Of a DNA stretch of 64,000 nt, positions 62,956 through 64,000 are shown piece after piece (position 1 is the first letter of the stretch; the number at the start of each line of letters is the position of its first letter). Under the pieces are notes generated by a model. It had not been told where the DNA came from and did not search any database. It worked only from the letters and a program-made list of their open reading frames with translations. Origin of the DNA: Octopus vulgaris (taxonomy: Eukaryota); assembly GCA_951406725.2 (NCBI GenBank), contig OX597833.1, positions 34,410,001 through 34,474,000 of the forward strand, read 5' to 3'. A program made the translations under genes and the position numbers.

Positions 62956-64000
62956 TCATTGGTTGCTACATTGCTGTTAAGATCAAGTTTGATGTGACAA
63001 GCCTATATTAAAAAGTATGCTAAAGACAGACACATACCAAATGTTGACAAAGGACAGAAAATGATCTGTTGGTTGTGCTTGCATTCCAACTAATTTCTTG
63101 CACATTTTAACTTACAGTATTGATTTGTCATTTAGGTTTGGAGGCTAATACATATTTGTCAAATGCACACTACTACCTACCATGGTGTATTCTTTCTCTT
63201 CTTCCTCTAATTGAACTGAACCAGTCAGAATATAGGGCTAATACAAACTATCAACACTGCAACAAGTCAACTAGCCTACTTCTAAGTGTGATTTTACATT
63301 TTTTTAATTGCAGTTCTTTGAAATGTTTTCTTTTGACAAGAAAGTTTGTAGGAAGCCTTAATTGTTCTATGGAGCAAGAAATTACTGCGTAGATAGTACA
63401 AAATATTGCCCTCAGTCAATAGTGACTCTTAGTCATTATTGAGAAAGTGCAATAGTTTAGTTGATTAAGTATTGAACCAGTGTTTGATCTGTAACTAATG
63501 ATGCTATTGTCAACAAATAGTAATAAGGAAGGAAAAATAATCATGTTATCTTCCAATGCTATATATTATAATGCATTGAATTTGTCAGGCAGCAGGACAC
63601 ATGAAAGCAAAGTATAGACAATTTGATGATGGAAAGTACTGAACTAACAAAAAAAAAATAGTTTAGGTTACTAAGAGAGAACTTTTTCTCTCCTGCCTGG
63701 ATTTGCTTTTGTTACATATTTACTACAATTTTTGTTTAGTTGTCTACAAGTCGTTCTTTAACTGTAGTTAGGCTTTTTAAGGTAAGAACAGTTGTATGAG
63801 GATGTGTACACACATGAAGGTAGTAATTCCAAATAAAAGATGTGAACCTTTACAGCCATCCAGAATATGTTAAGGTTACAGTTAAGTTTTATGAAAAAAC
63901 AAAACAAAAACGTAAGTTTCAAATTCAATTTGATTTTTATTCATTTTGACAAATAAATATATTGAACAAAGAAATGGCATTGTGTGGAAACAAAGAAAGC

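Overview
AT-rich, repeat-dense eukaryotic genomic DNA, most likely an octopus (inferred from the tRNA-derived SINE families, RTE LINEs, (TA)n/(CA)n microsatellites and a single-exon multi-C2H2 gene). Three host genes are supported: intronless Tim9 (9231-9524, -), a 13-finger C2H2 zinc-finger gene (20246-21967, -) and a three-exon MIF gene (53111-59572, +) that the ORF track mostly misses. The rest is nested mobile DNA: RTE and CR1/Jockey-type LINEs, Penelope-like elements, Gypsy remnants, mariner, hAT, Merlin and piggyBac elements or MITEs, non-autonomous Helitrons and SINEs. The most striking finds are: (1) a degraded endogenous parvovirus/densovirus-like element (about 59700-62960, -) directly behind MIF, with PLA2-like, capsid, HUH and SF3 helicase motifs, in which the capsid gene lies upstream of and overlaps NS1; (2) a young, GC-rich, near full-length RTE with a twin-priming-type 5' inversion; (3) an 8-copy tandem array of tRNA-Trp primer-binding-site units in a CsRn1-like Gypsy remnant. 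All calls were made by eye, with no database searches.
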